Assembly: GCA_905178155.1 (NCBI GenBank)
Contig: CAJINV010000023.1
Location: forward strand, 1-17,582
Length of the DNA: 17,582 nt
Source of the DNA: Amoebophrya sp. A120
Taxonomy: Eukaryota; Protista; Dinoflagellata
Direction: 5' to 3'
The position numbers were made by a program, and so were the translations under genes. Below the pieces are notes generated by a model. The model was not told where the DNA came from, did no database searches, and worked only from the letters and a program-made list of their open reading frames with translations. This document shows, piece by piece, positions 1 through 9,965 of this stretch (its first letter is position 1; each line of letters opens with the position of its first letter).

Positions 1-232
1 GGGCCCTGGTTTGTTGCCTCCCTTCCCGTCTTCGGCAGTTGAAAGCAAAAGAAACTGCCAAAGGGCGTCGCGGGTTTTCTGATTTGGCCAAGACGATGAA
101 ACTTCTACAAACAAAAGCGGCGGAGCGGTAAGAAACCGCCCGGGAGACCAAAAGCGGAAATGTTGCGGCGGGGGCCCGGGTTTGTTGCCTCCCTTCCCGT
201 CTTCGGCAGTTGAAAGCAAAAGAGACTGCCAA
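1..232. repeat. End of a 171-bp tandem satellite array (~1.4 units visible, truncated by window start)
   Basis: Anchor TTTGTTGCC at 10 and 181 (period 171). Same sequence and orientation as the array at 10790-13068. Confidence 0.95.
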
Positions 233-554
233 CGTGTGGGAGTAATATAGAGCGAGCGAAGGCCGTTCCGTGTGGAAGTAATATCAGCGGCGGCTTCAGC
301 TCTGCTCTTCTTGGTCATGTCCTTGAGGGGAACCGCGGAGAGGGGTGCTAGTTCTGCTTTTTCATATGTTCGGAACCGACGGACGCGCCAAGAAATTCCG
401 GTCCTCCAAGTCGCCGGATGAGCATGGTTCCAGGAGCAGCAACGCTAAGTATCTAGATGAAAGCTGTTTTATACTTTACGTTTTTCCTCACTTCAGCATC
501 AGCTTCACAACCAGGAAAAGCTCGACGGAGAACCATGCATGCTATACAGTAGTG

Positions 555-791
555 TCAACCTACTCCATCTACAGCAAGAGCCTGTGAATAGTGGTGCTGG
601 TGCTGCTCAAGCGAGATTATCTCAGCAGCGCCACTCCGTGCAAATAATTGTTTTGTCGCTGCGCCGCGAGATAACCCAACCGGGTTTGCTGAGATGGCGT
701 AACGACGCTTGGTGTCGGTGTGATGAAGAGGATGGTTAAAAAGAACAGTTTTCGTCGCAATATAATCGCGCCCCACGTCCAGCACGACCAC
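555..791 (-). CDS. Possible exon of an unidentified minus-strand gene
   Basis: Protein-like translation (VVLDVGRDYIATKTVLFNHPLHH...). No recognised motif; boundaries unknown. Confidence 0.2.
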   Translation of the reverse strand: MVVLDVGRDYIATKTVLFNHPLHHTDTKRRYAISANPVGLSRGAATKQLFARSGAAEIISLEQHQHHYSQALAVDGVG

Positions 792-2075
792 AGCGACGGT
801 TTGGCCACCGGACCCTCCACGAGCCGCACGTCCGCAGAGGAGGATGACTAGGTAGCATGAAGTACACCAGGGGAAGGGGCGGTGGAGTAGTGGGCACGCT
901 ATCTGATCTTACTTGTTGAAACAGAAAACGAATCGTATATACACATACAACTCAAATTGAAATTATTGAAAAATACCTTACAGTTTCGATTCGTCGTGTA
1001 CAATTTTTGAGGTGCATATAATGAAGTAAAGGCTGCGACACCAACGCCAGTTCGTGTTTAGTCGTTATCTGTCTTTTTCACAGTTGTTCATTTTCACGCA
1101 CATAATTTTTTTTTGGGGGTCCGGCAGACTTATAAATGCGGCTTCGATCGTCTTTAAGCCGAAAGGAAATATAATGACATGCGCTGATGTTCGCTACTGG
1201 GCAAAGCAGCTGTACATGACCTGTACAATTCATCATGTGAAGAGATAGAGACGTCCATGCGTTTTCATGTTTGTACATCATATTCACGCTCGCATGCGTG
1301 CCAAGCCGCAGTGCCGTTCTTCCGAAGCGATGCAGGGGTCTCTGACTCTGACAGACTTGTTACGGCAACCGCTTCCCCTTGTGTTCGACGCTGTTGCGAG
1401 GGCTGGCGTCAGCACTTATGCCAAAGGAGATCCGTTTTGAGTCTGACATAACCATTAGCGTAGCCACGTTCTAGGCACGGTCTGATAACGCCCGGACCGG
1501 CAGGCTCCACAGAAAATACAGTGGGCTCGTTTTGCATGCGATCTCCGGCTCTGTTACTTCCTTTGTCTTTATCGTGTTCTTTTTATTCTCTCTATGCCAG
1601 CAAGCTCAGAAAGAAGCTCAGAAAGAAGATAAAGTTTTCCCATGCGAAAAAATTTGGCTTTCATCGCGAAAACCATCTGCCGCAAAAAAAAAATGATATA
1701 CAACCTTTCTTGCTGATCGATCTTCGTATGAACACTTTTTTACTAGCTCGACGCGTTTCTGATTGATACGACATTTTTAGTAGCAGGCGTAAGTACTTAA
1801 GTACAACCTTTGGGCGGTTTCAATTTAAAATATACTAGCATTATCAAGATAGAGGTCTCGTCTGTTTCCGAAGAAAGGGGCGAGTACATCTACGCACGTA
1901 CACAGGCTCAGCCACCGTTCCTACTCATTCTGAAGAAGAACAACTTGCGGAGCAAGACAGCGTGACCCTGGGGAGGATCGGAAAGCCTCGAGCATCTGAC
2001 GTACGACGAGAAACAGCAACCTCTTGTCGCTCGCTCTTTCGTGTCTCTGAGCGCACTTCTGACACGACTATCATA

Positions 2076-2946
2076 ATGTGGGCTCTGCTTGCTCACACAT
2101 TTTGGCTCCACTTTTTCGTGGGTCTTTTTTGCGTGGACTTTTTTGTGGCCGCACCTGCACCGTTTCCGAAGGAAAAACTGGAAAAACTGCGCTTCCCCCT
2201 CGAAGAAGTCAACCCCGCGACAGGAAAAATGGAGCCGCGGCGGATGCCCTGCTGGACTTGCACACAAGAAGAACTGGAAGTATTGCGGGAAAAATTTTAC
2301 CCCGATTTAGCCGAGCGCGTCGACCGTCTCACGAAAATTGTTTGCAGCAATCCGGGCCTACAGACCGAAGTCCCGATGCAGCAAAATCATCTCCAGATTT
2401 GCAAGGTCGATACCGCGGCGAAGAAGAAGGACGCTGCGTATCAAATGTAAAAATGTCTGGGTCTGGAAGATTGGAACTTGTGATGCTAACTTTGGGCTCT
2501 AGAAAAATCTGTAATGCATGACCAGCAAGAGGAGTCTAGTTTGTGCTACGCGGGGTGGGCGTTTGTCATGCGGAGTAGGCATTAGGATCCGGAAGCCCTC
2601 TCAAAATCTGTGATGCGCGATCGTGCATTACAGAGAGACATCCTGGGCCATGCAAAACATGCATGACAAATCTCAGAATCTTCCAGGCCCAGACATTTTT
2701 ACATTTGAATTTGGTACCGCGCTGACAAACACAAGTTCCGCCACTTGGGCCGGCTTCGTCGACAGGAGCCAGGCACTTGTGGACTTAAAACAAGTGCTGG
2801 AAAAGTCATCCGCTTACGCGCGGCAGCGCGGTTCTACGTCCATCCTCGGGCGCTTGTTGCCTTTCCTGTCCGACCAACCACTGCCCGAGAAACGGATCGA
2901 CACGGCGGCAACCAGTCCACCTTTGCGGCCAGAACAAGAACTGTGA
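2076..2946 (+). CDS. Hypothetical protein with hydrophobic N-terminus (signal peptide/anchor-like), split by a family-A insertion; inferred exons 2076-2437 and 2721-2946
   Basis: ATG at 2076 (MWALLAHTFWLHFFVGLFCVDFFVAA...). Removing 283 nt (element plus one 5-bp TSD) joins ORF 1962..2450 to ORF 2623..2946 in frame: ...KKKDAA|LTNTSSATWAGF...EQEL*. Confidence 0.65.
2439..2716. mobile_element. Family-A MITE / candidate introner, copy 1 (278 bp)
   Basis: 32-bp inverted repeat with 1 mismatch (2441-2472 TCAAATGTAAAAATGTCTGGGTCTGGAAGATT vs 2677-2708). A small duplication ATTTGA/ATTTGG lies at the right end. Flanks CTGCG / CCGCG (4/5). Confidence 0.85.
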
Positions 2947-3022
2947 GCAAGGACCATTGACCCTTCTATTTCTATACGATAACGATTATTGTCCCAGTAA
3001 CCTGTAGCAAGAGAGGTTTTTG

Positions 3023-3061
3023 ATGCGATTTTATCATGCCCCGGGCATGATAGAATCGCAT
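3023..3061. repeat. Near-perfect 39-bp palindrome (19-bp arms)
   Basis: ATGCGATTTTATCATGCCC-C-GGGCATGATAGAATCGCAT, with one T.G pair. Confidence 0.85.
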
Positions 3062-3761
3062 GGTATGATTCGCAAACTGAATCCCAGCGTAATGCTAGCC
3101 TTTATATATTTGCGTGTAGTGATTACTACAAAAGTCCGGATCTATTATTTACGGGCTTTATGGATGCACAGTCGCATTTTTCGCTGATGAGAAACCAATT
3201 TGTGAGGATTTCTGAACAAAAATTTGAAAATAACTTCTCGTGCGCAAAGACGTGATCGAAAGATTTACGATCGTTTCCTGATAATTTGGGGAACATGATA
3301 TCATGGTTCTAATCTCAGCACGGTGTTCCTGCTTACAGGCAAACTCTCCACCAACACCAGCTTCAACTACCTTCAAAGACCCCTCGGTGTTTTTTTAAAA
3401 GTTTTTTCCCGCGAGTGAGGTCGCGGCTCTCTGGGCCAAAGAACGTCTACGTTTCTTTCTGTTTTTTCTTCCCGATTTTTGAGGAGTACGTGTGACGTAA
3501 GTGAGCTGCTTTTCTGCAGTTTGATACAACAAAGAGATTCTACTTCTTGGTTGACATCTTCCTTTCCGATGAACGGCTGCCGGCATCTTGCCGTGATGAA
3601 AGCAAGATCATTCAGAGGTTTCGTTGTCGATGCCGCACTCTCCTGATACGTTTATGTGAACGTGAGTCAGTTGTATACTGTATTTGTTGCAGCTTCGCGC
3701 GTCCTGACTGTGGCTGTGTAAAGACATACGAAGCGGGGTATCGTCGTGACCAGCGCCAGAG

Positions 3762-4228
3762 ATGAGCATGCTGGACAAGAAAGCGGGCAGCGGGTCAGGG
3801 CGGCGTCCCGTGGCTGTGGCCCCACTCAGTATGAACGAGCTTGAGTCCTACATCTTTTTCGCGTTTCGCGAGTACGCGCAAGCAGAACCGGACTGGGAAC
3901 GCGCGGTGTGTGGTGCTTTGCGAGCGCTGCTAGAATTCGCCAAGTCCCGTGAACAGCTGCTGGAAGAGCAGCAGCCCTTCACCGTTTGCCGCGTCGGAAT
4001 CGAGAGGTTTCGAGCCAGTCGGGCTGGGAACGACAAACAGGACGAATCCGGGCTGGGAATGACAAACAGGACGAATCCGGATTTCCATATTCTATTGTAA
4101 CGTTTGAGATTGTAACAGCTGAGCAGGCTATATTGCAATGCATATGCGTCCGAGTGACTTCTCCGGTTGTCCCGACCGCGTCACCGATATCAAAAGCAAA
4201 AGTCCCTCCTCCCCATATCGAAAGGTAG
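3762..4228 (+). CDS. Hypothetical protein/exons split by a family-B insertion; inferred pieces 3762-3984 and 4080-4228
   Basis: Protein-like MSMLDKKAGSGSGRRPVAVAPLSMNELESYIFFAFREY... Collapsing the CCG direct repeat (95 nt) continues in frame: ...QQPFT|GFPYSIVTFEIVTAEQAIL... The last ~40 nt run into the element at 4188, so the true 3' end is uncertain. Confidence 0.5.
3985..4079 (+). mobile_element. Family-B short insertion, copy 1 (95 nt, with an internal 29-bp tandem duplication)
   Basis: TTTGCCGCGTCGGAATCGAGAGGTTTCGAGCCAGT followed by (CGGGCTGGGAAYGACAAACAGGACGAATC)x2 at 4020-4048 and 4049-4077. Shared with 5579-5642 and 8110-8168. Confidence 0.8.
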
Positions 4229-4508
4229 ATTTGCGATGCTGGATTTGCTTACACAAATCAGCTCTGTCTTGCAATGGAGGACTGCAGGCACATGCCAACC
4301 CTGGGCAGCGAGGTTGTGACATAGGCCACTAGCAGTACAAATGTCCACACTGTAGGTCCAACAGCATCACAAACCGCGCGCACAATGCGGAGCAGCCTGG
4401 GGGGTTGCCTTCTTGCAAGACAGAGACGATTTGTGGTCACAAATCAGCATTGCAAATTTTCTGTGGCCTCCTTTTCGATATGGGGAGGGGGGATTTTTCC
4501 TCACGATA
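4188..4508. mobile_element. MITE with long (~95-bp) imperfect TIRs, TATC...GATA termini and a perfect 5-bp TSD (ACCGA)
   Basis: Left arm CCTCCCCATATCGAAA...ATTTGCGATGCTG...CACAAATC..CTCTGTCTTGCAA is mirrored by TTGCAAGACAGAG..GATTTGTG...CAGCATTGCAAAT...TTTCGATATGGGGAGG. ACCGA at 4183-4187 and 4509-4513. Confidence 0.8.
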
Positions 4509-4634
4509 ACCGAGAGCCCTCTGCGCTTGAATGCGGTCGCTACCTGCGACGCGATGTTGTAAAGTGAGGGAGACAGCTTGCTCAGCTGCTGCTGCACACA
4601 AACTACTAGATATATTTATTACTTTCAAGATACT

Positions 4635-4727
4635 TATCAAAGTGAGGCATCTCCTCTATTTCCCATATCAAAATCGAAACTTCCGATGCTAAAGATTTGC
4701 GTACATCACAAATGAGGTGTTTCTTGC
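4635..4727 (+). repeat. Degenerate extra copy of the left arm of the 4188-4508 element
   Basis: TATCAAA...CCCATATC...CGATGCT...GATTTGCGTACA.CACAAAT...TCTTGC is colinear with 4188-4275. No partner arm identified. Confidence 0.55.
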
Positions 4728-5163
4728 TGTAAGGAGTTGCAGTCAGATAAGAATTATCTGCCCGCTTGGGGGCGTAAGAATAATGGACTTGATGTGGCGA
4801 TGTTGTTTGTACGTAAAAAGATTACATTTGTAATGTTGGTTGAAAGAACAATTTCACTTTCGAACCGCCTCGTGGTGTTTACCCCCGTTCTGGCATGGGT
4901 CGTTGTTCGTGCAGCTTTTGAAGATCCTTCTTCTGATGCGATTCCAAGACCCCGCCGCGTCTAGCAGATCTTTTCCCTCTTGACTACGCGGTCCTTGTGG
5001 AGACGTTTTAGTACTCAGGATATACCTGAAGTAGACTTATCAAACAAAAAAAGTTCGTCACGATCACTCATGCGCATTTTTGCAATACCAAACTGTCTGT
5101 CATGCGTGAAAATGCATCACAGCCAAACTTCATAAGGGATTTCCCTACTGTTTCTGCAATACA

Positions 5164-5759
5164 AGAAAAACCTATGATGTGGTGGGCACGTTTTTTCTCA
5201 GGATAAAAGATGTTCTGGATTTTGTGCTCGGAGACGTCCGAGACCTTGGGCGGCTGTGCGAGGTATCAAATGTAAATATGTCTGGGTCTGCAAGATCCAT
5301 CGCCATGTTTGTCATGCATATTTTGCGTGACCCACGATGTCTGTAATGCAAGTCCTAGCATCACAGATTTTTACGGGGCTTCCTGATGCTTATTCCGCAT
5401 GAGAAATGCCGTCCCCGCGTAGCACAAACTGGGCAACTTCTCTTGCTGGTCATGCTGCAATACACATTTTTTTGGAATCCAAAAACAGCATCACAAGTTT
5501 GCGTCCTCCCAAACATCCAGGGATATTTGCAGTTCATACGAGGTTTTCAAAAAGCTGGACCTGGTGATCCACGCGGCCGGTCGGAATCGAGAGGTTTCGA
5601 GCCAGTCGGGCTGGGAACGACAAACAGGACGAATCCGCGGCCTCTTTATTTGCTATTGCTAATGTCAATTTAGGTATGCTCCTGCTTCTACAGGAACGAA
5701 AAATGCGCCGCGTTTCTTTTGAGAACCGACCCGAGTTTTGTAACTTGAGCACTATGTAG
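5164..5759 (+). CDS. Fragment of an extended-SDR / NAD-dependent epimerase-dehydratase-like gene; inferred exons 5164-5262, 5543-5578, 5643-5759 (gene or pseudogene)
   Basis: Joined translation RKTYDVVGTFFLRIKDVLDFVLGDVRDLGRLCE|VFKKLDLVIHAA|SLFAIANVNLGMLLLLQERKMRRVSF... matches the GDxxD...DxVIHxAA...NxxG pattern of extended SDRs. The TGxxGxxG and YxxxK motifs were not found. Confidence 0.6.
5264..5538. mobile_element. Family-A MITE / candidate introner, copy 2 (275 bp, inverted relative to copy 1)
   Basis: Starts TATCAAATGTAAATATGTCTGGGTCTG and ends TATTTGCAGTTCATA. Internal CCCCGCGTAGCACAAACT is the reverse complement of copy 1's AGTTTGTGCTACGCGGGG. Perfect TSD CGAGG at 5259-5263 and 5539-5543. 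Gives a GT...AG intron at 5263-5542. Confidence 0.85.
5579..5642 (+). mobile_element. Family-B short insertion, copy 2 (64 nt)
   Basis: GTCGGAATCGAGAGGTTTCGAGCCAGTCGGGCTGGGAACGACAAACAGGACGAATCCG is identical to copy 1. Bounded by the direct repeat CGCGGCC (5572-5578 and 5636-5642). Confidence 0.8.
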
Positions 5760-6082
5760 CTGTTCACCATCATGACCGATGCCGAAGATATTAGTTGTGG
5801 CGCTTTCAAAGCCAGACTTGCCGCAGTCCGATTCGAAAATTTGTGATGCTGATACATTTAAGTACATTCTACGCACGGGGACTTGCGTGTCTCCAATTTG
5901 CATCGCAAAAACCTCCACACCCCTCTGGAGTTGTCATAGGAGCTGCACTTTTCTCACGCACAGCCAACTTCGAAGAGCGACAACCCCGAGCCGACGAAAT
6001 CGCAACCGGAATGGCCAGATGACTCGCAGAAAAGCGGCGAGGGCGCAATGGACACGAAATCAACCAAGGGGGGGAAACATGT

Positions 6083-6650
6083 GACTGAAATTAGAAACCA
6101 AGCCTGTTTGCGACCTGTCTGAAATTCGAAGGCCCTGGTCTGAGATTCAATTTCAGACTTGTTGGTCCTAATTTCAGACTACACGGAAACAGGCTTGGCT
6201 TCTAATTTCAGACAGCTTCCCCGCGTTGTTTGTCGTGCCAAAATGGCTTCCGCAGGAGAAGGCAAGGGGATTTTCTGGGCTTCCCTGTGGCCCGGGTTGA
6301 GCCAAACACGAAAAAAACCTGTCTGAATTTAGAAACCAAGCCTGTTTGCGACCTGTCTGAAATTCGAGGTCTCTGGTCTGAAATTCAATTTCAGACTTGC
6401 TGGTCCTAATTTCAGACTACGCGGAAACAGGCTTGGTTTCTAATTTCAGACAGCTTCCCTGCGTTGTTTGTCATGCCAAAATGGCTTCCGCGGGAGAAGG
6501 CCAGGGGGTTTTCTGGGCTTCCCTGTTGCCCGGGTTGAGCCAAACACGAAAAAAACGTGTCTGAAATGAGAAACCAAGCCTGTTTGCGACCTGTCTGAAA
6601 TTCGAGGTCTCTGGTCTGAAATTCAATCTCAGACTTGTCTGAAATTCGAG
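6083..6650. repeat. 238-bp tandem repeat (~2.4 units), each full unit containing a ~135-bp fold-back
   Basis: Anchor AGAAACCAAG at 6093, 6331 and 6569. ~30-bp inverted arms (6319-6348 vs 6424-6453) with iterated GTCTGAAATT / AATTTCAGAC decamers. Confidence 0.92.
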
Positions 6651-7281
6651 CGCGTCATCGCTTTCAGGGTGAGTCAGAGTGTGTGGATAACTTGCGTGTC
6701 TTTTGATATTACCGGCATTACATTCACATTGGTGAGGGATGGGAGTTGCGTCATCTTGTCGGTTGTTTGTTCTTTTTTTGTCTAAAGTGCCGCTCTCGTT
6801 GCGGGTGGTATTCGGTCGGTTTTCTGTTCTTGATATCACTGATGTCAATGTCAATGTCAACTGAAGATAAATGATGAAAATCGAATGGCATAAGGTGTGT
6901 ATTAAGTTTAAGTAGCAGATGACTTATATTAGACAGACACCTAGCACCAGCTTTATTTTCCAGTCTTCATATAGGTTCGAGGATCGGCGCTCCTGCGCAC
7001 ACTGTTTTCCCACTCCCCCCTTTACTTTCTCCTACGACGATGTTGGAAATGAAATTGAAATTCGAAACTTATGATATGCTTACTACGGTATAATTGTTAT
7101 GAGAAGATTAATTCTCGAACGGTCGTCATATCCCACGACTCTGGTTTGATGACGCAACACGAACACCTATCTGTGGCAGTAGACACTAGGTAGCACCACA
7201 AGAACAGCACGAGAGAGCTGCCGTTTTCGGTTCTTGTTTGACATCGTAAAACGCTGACACAGCACAGAAAAACAAAGAAGT

Positions 7282-8555
7282 ATGGCGGGGCCTAAGCCGA
7301 AGGCGAAGGCGGGAGGAATCGCGGCAGCAGCTGCCAAAGCAAAGCCGGGTGGCGCAGCGATCCCAAAAGCCAAAGCCAAACACAAGGCTGGCGTGGGTGC
7401 TGCACCTGCTCCGGCTGCAGTGCCAAATATCGGAGCTGTCCCGAAGGCGGCGCCACCGTCGTTGCAGGCACTTCTTGGACGCTGGCTGCCATGCGGCGCG
7501 CAGGACCCAGTGCCAGTGCAGGTCAAACCGAAAGGAAAACCGAAGGCGGTTATCAACCTCCCCAATACGGTACCAGACGAGCACCAGGATCCGGAAGGGC
7601 ATGCCGCATACAAGAAACTGCTCCAGAAGCTGAAGAAACAGGAGTGGAGCAGCAACCACTACCAGAAGCAGAAACTGGAAGAAGAAAATAATCGAAACAT
7701 GCTCCTCGCTGCCAGTTTCATTATTTTGTGCAGCATAGCTGTTTTTTTCGCCAGCTCCTCCTCTACTACTTCATCATCTCCTTCTCCTGTGGTCCAACAC
7801 GGCAAAGAAACATCCAAAAACTCCACCTGCAAGAATTCCGTCGACCACAACGCAACATGCCCAGGTGGAGCTCCGGAGGAATTTTTGTCGGCAGTCAACA
7901 CTGCGAATGCCACATTGCTTCTAAAAACCGAGCAGGAGCAGTTGCCGTTTTCAGACGCAGTAAACGTAAACACCACCAGTAACCAGCGTGTGCACAACGC
8001 CTCGACGCCGGCGATCCCCTCGTCCATTACTATTGCAGCCCCATCCGTACAACCATTTTTCTCCTCGGTGACGAACGAAACCGCGGACGCGCACATAATC
8101 ACGACGGCAACTTTTGCCGCGTCGGTGCCAGTCGGGCTGGGAATGACAAACAGGACGAATCCGCGGCAGCTGGTGGAGGCGAAGTCCCCCCGTCGCGCGA
8201 CAACGGGAGCGATGGCCAAGGAGCTGGTAAAAAGATGGCGTCAGCCAACATCAAGGCGAGGAAAATGGTGGCGATGGTGAAAGCGGCATCGCAGCCGGCC
8301 CCAGTCAACCGCCAAGGACGAAGCCAAGATGAAAAGAAGGATGCCCGGTCGCGTAGCAGGAGCCGAAGCGCACGGAAGCCGTCTGCGCAGAAGGAGAAAA
8401 GCGCGTTTCCGAAAAACAATCCCTCGTCACGCGTCGGTTTTATGGGGTTCTCAAACGTTACACTCTCAACGGTTAGTCGCAGTGCGATAGATTTGGTATG
8501 CAAAATTACTATAAGGACCGACGCGATCAAGCTGCTTCGCATGACAAATTCTTGA
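7282..8555 (+). CDS. Low-complexity Ala/Lys/Pro-rich hypothetical protein with one predicted TM segment and an RS-rich tract; inferred exons 7282-8109 and 8169-8555
   Basis: Long ORF from ATG 7282 with hydrophobic MLLAASFIILCSIAVFFA. Removing the 59-nt family-B insert switches to the frame of ORF 8235..8555: ...IITTA|AGGGEVPPSRDNGSDGQGAGKKMASANIK...RSRSRSRS. Confidence 0.65.
8110..8168 (+). mobile_element. Family-B short insertion, copy 3 (59 nt, internally deleted)
   Basis: TTTGCCGCGTCGG...GCCAGTCGGGCTGGGAATGACAAACAGGACGAATCCG. Direct repeat CGGCA at 8105-8109 and 8164-8168. 7-bp inverted repeat TGCCGCG/CGCGGCA. Confidence 0.8.
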
Positions 8556-9965
8556 AGGGGTAAACAGCATGATGACCGAGGCGTGCCAGACCTGTAATGC
8601 AAGACGCGCAGACCCCCACCTTTCACTTCTGCTAAATTCATCCTGCGCCGCGAATTCATGTAGCAAGAACAGCTGAGAATGTAGCAGTTTCGAATCCCAT
8701 ATGCATAGGTGTTGGGAAGTTGCCACTAGCAAACCTCGCAGCGTCGAGTGGTTCCGCGAGCGCAGCATCGTCGGCTGTTTCCTCGGCACGAAGAGCGAAT
8801 AGTAAGGCACGTGCAGCGGCTGTGAAAGGACCAGCGTCATCTATCCTGTGTAAAAACGTCGCCACCCCAGAGCCAAGCTGGGATCTTTGCAAGACAAATC
8901 GAACATCTTTAGGACTCAAGCATGAAATACGCAGTGTAGTCGTGCCTAGCTCGTTCAAACGCATCAAAAATCCTGTCTTTTATCCTGATTAGCGCATGAC
9001 AAATTTTCAAACGCCACTCCTACTAGACAATGCCTCTCATGCAGAGCCGCACCACACATCACATTCTGAGCATCTAGATCTGCATGACAACTCTGGCATG
9101 GGGGCGCTTTTGCAAAGGATATTGTCTTCCTCGTCTTCAGCGTCTTCTAGTGCGGGTCCAGCTTCCGGTATGACACGCAAAATAAAAGTGTTACTTGCCG
9201 TTGCAGGGCATTGTTTTGCAGAAAAAGCTGCATGACAGACGAGCTCAGTGATGTCCGGAACACTTGCGAGCCTATTGTAATCATGATCGTTTCATTCAAT
9301 TACAACTGGTATCTGCTTCTGCAACATCGGCATTGCGATTGCAGGCATTCGTGTTGCTCTTGCTCAATCTGCGAAAGTGCTGTGTGTTTGTGGCATTTTT
9401 TTTTTTGGATAGTCGGCGCCCTGCTACCGAAAAACACCGGAAGCGAAGTTGGTCGTCTGGGCAGTGGTGCTAAATCCGCGGCGTCGCCAGGTATCCAGGA
9501 ACAAACGCAGTGTCGTTGTATACGGAAATCTGTATTGCAGGAGGACCTAATATGCGAATGCGACCGACAAGGACATTCCAATTTTATTGTGATGCTGGAT
9601 AGGCATCGTCGTGTTCGTGCTACTTCATGAGCTACGTCCACACGCCAGGTCTTCTGTTACTAACTTTGCGTGAGAACAACCCTTTGGTACCAAGCAAGAC
9701 AACTTGGTGATCATGTTACACCGACACAACTTTTTCCCGGGAAACCACTATTAGGAGAAATGCTGGCCGACCGCGAGTATCCTGTGCAACTGCAGTATCG
9801 CATGTGATTAAATTCCAGTACTGCAACATGATATGTCTCGTTTCTACCAGTGCCATAGCCGAACCGGCACTTCAAAATTTCGTTTTGCTACAATTTCCTT
9901 CATATGAAATCCAATGTCGTTGGAATTTGTACTACCACATTGATGCACATGCAGCTTGCGCAGTG

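Noticed and set aside
1066-1247. Possible TATC...GATA element
   Set aside because: The inverted repeat is short and gapped, and there is no adjacent 5-bp TSD.
1602-1628. 12-bp tandem duplication AAGCTCAGAAAG; also (ATGTCA)3 at 6842-6859
   Set aside because: Ordinary local duplications.
2098-2108. CATTTTGGCTC match to DinoSL
   Set aside because: Only 11 nt, inside a probable coding region, with no matching flanks; likely chance.
4144-4563. ESPLRL resembling the histone deacetylase HPESPxR motif after element removal
   Set aside because: It lacks HP, the frame stops soon after, and no other HDAC motifs are present.
7167-8659. Antisense and alternate-frame ORFs overlapping the 7282 gene
   Set aside because: These are shadow ORFs of GC-rich low-complexity coding sequence.
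8656-8992. Overlapping + and - ORFs, both partly protein-like
   Set aside because: Strand and frame cannot be decided and no motif was recognised. It may be a real exon.
9491-9648. Possible GT-AG intron between CGCCAGGT direct repeats, containing a TATCCAG/CTGGATA inverted repeat
   Set aside because: I could not establish a convincing coding frame on both sides.
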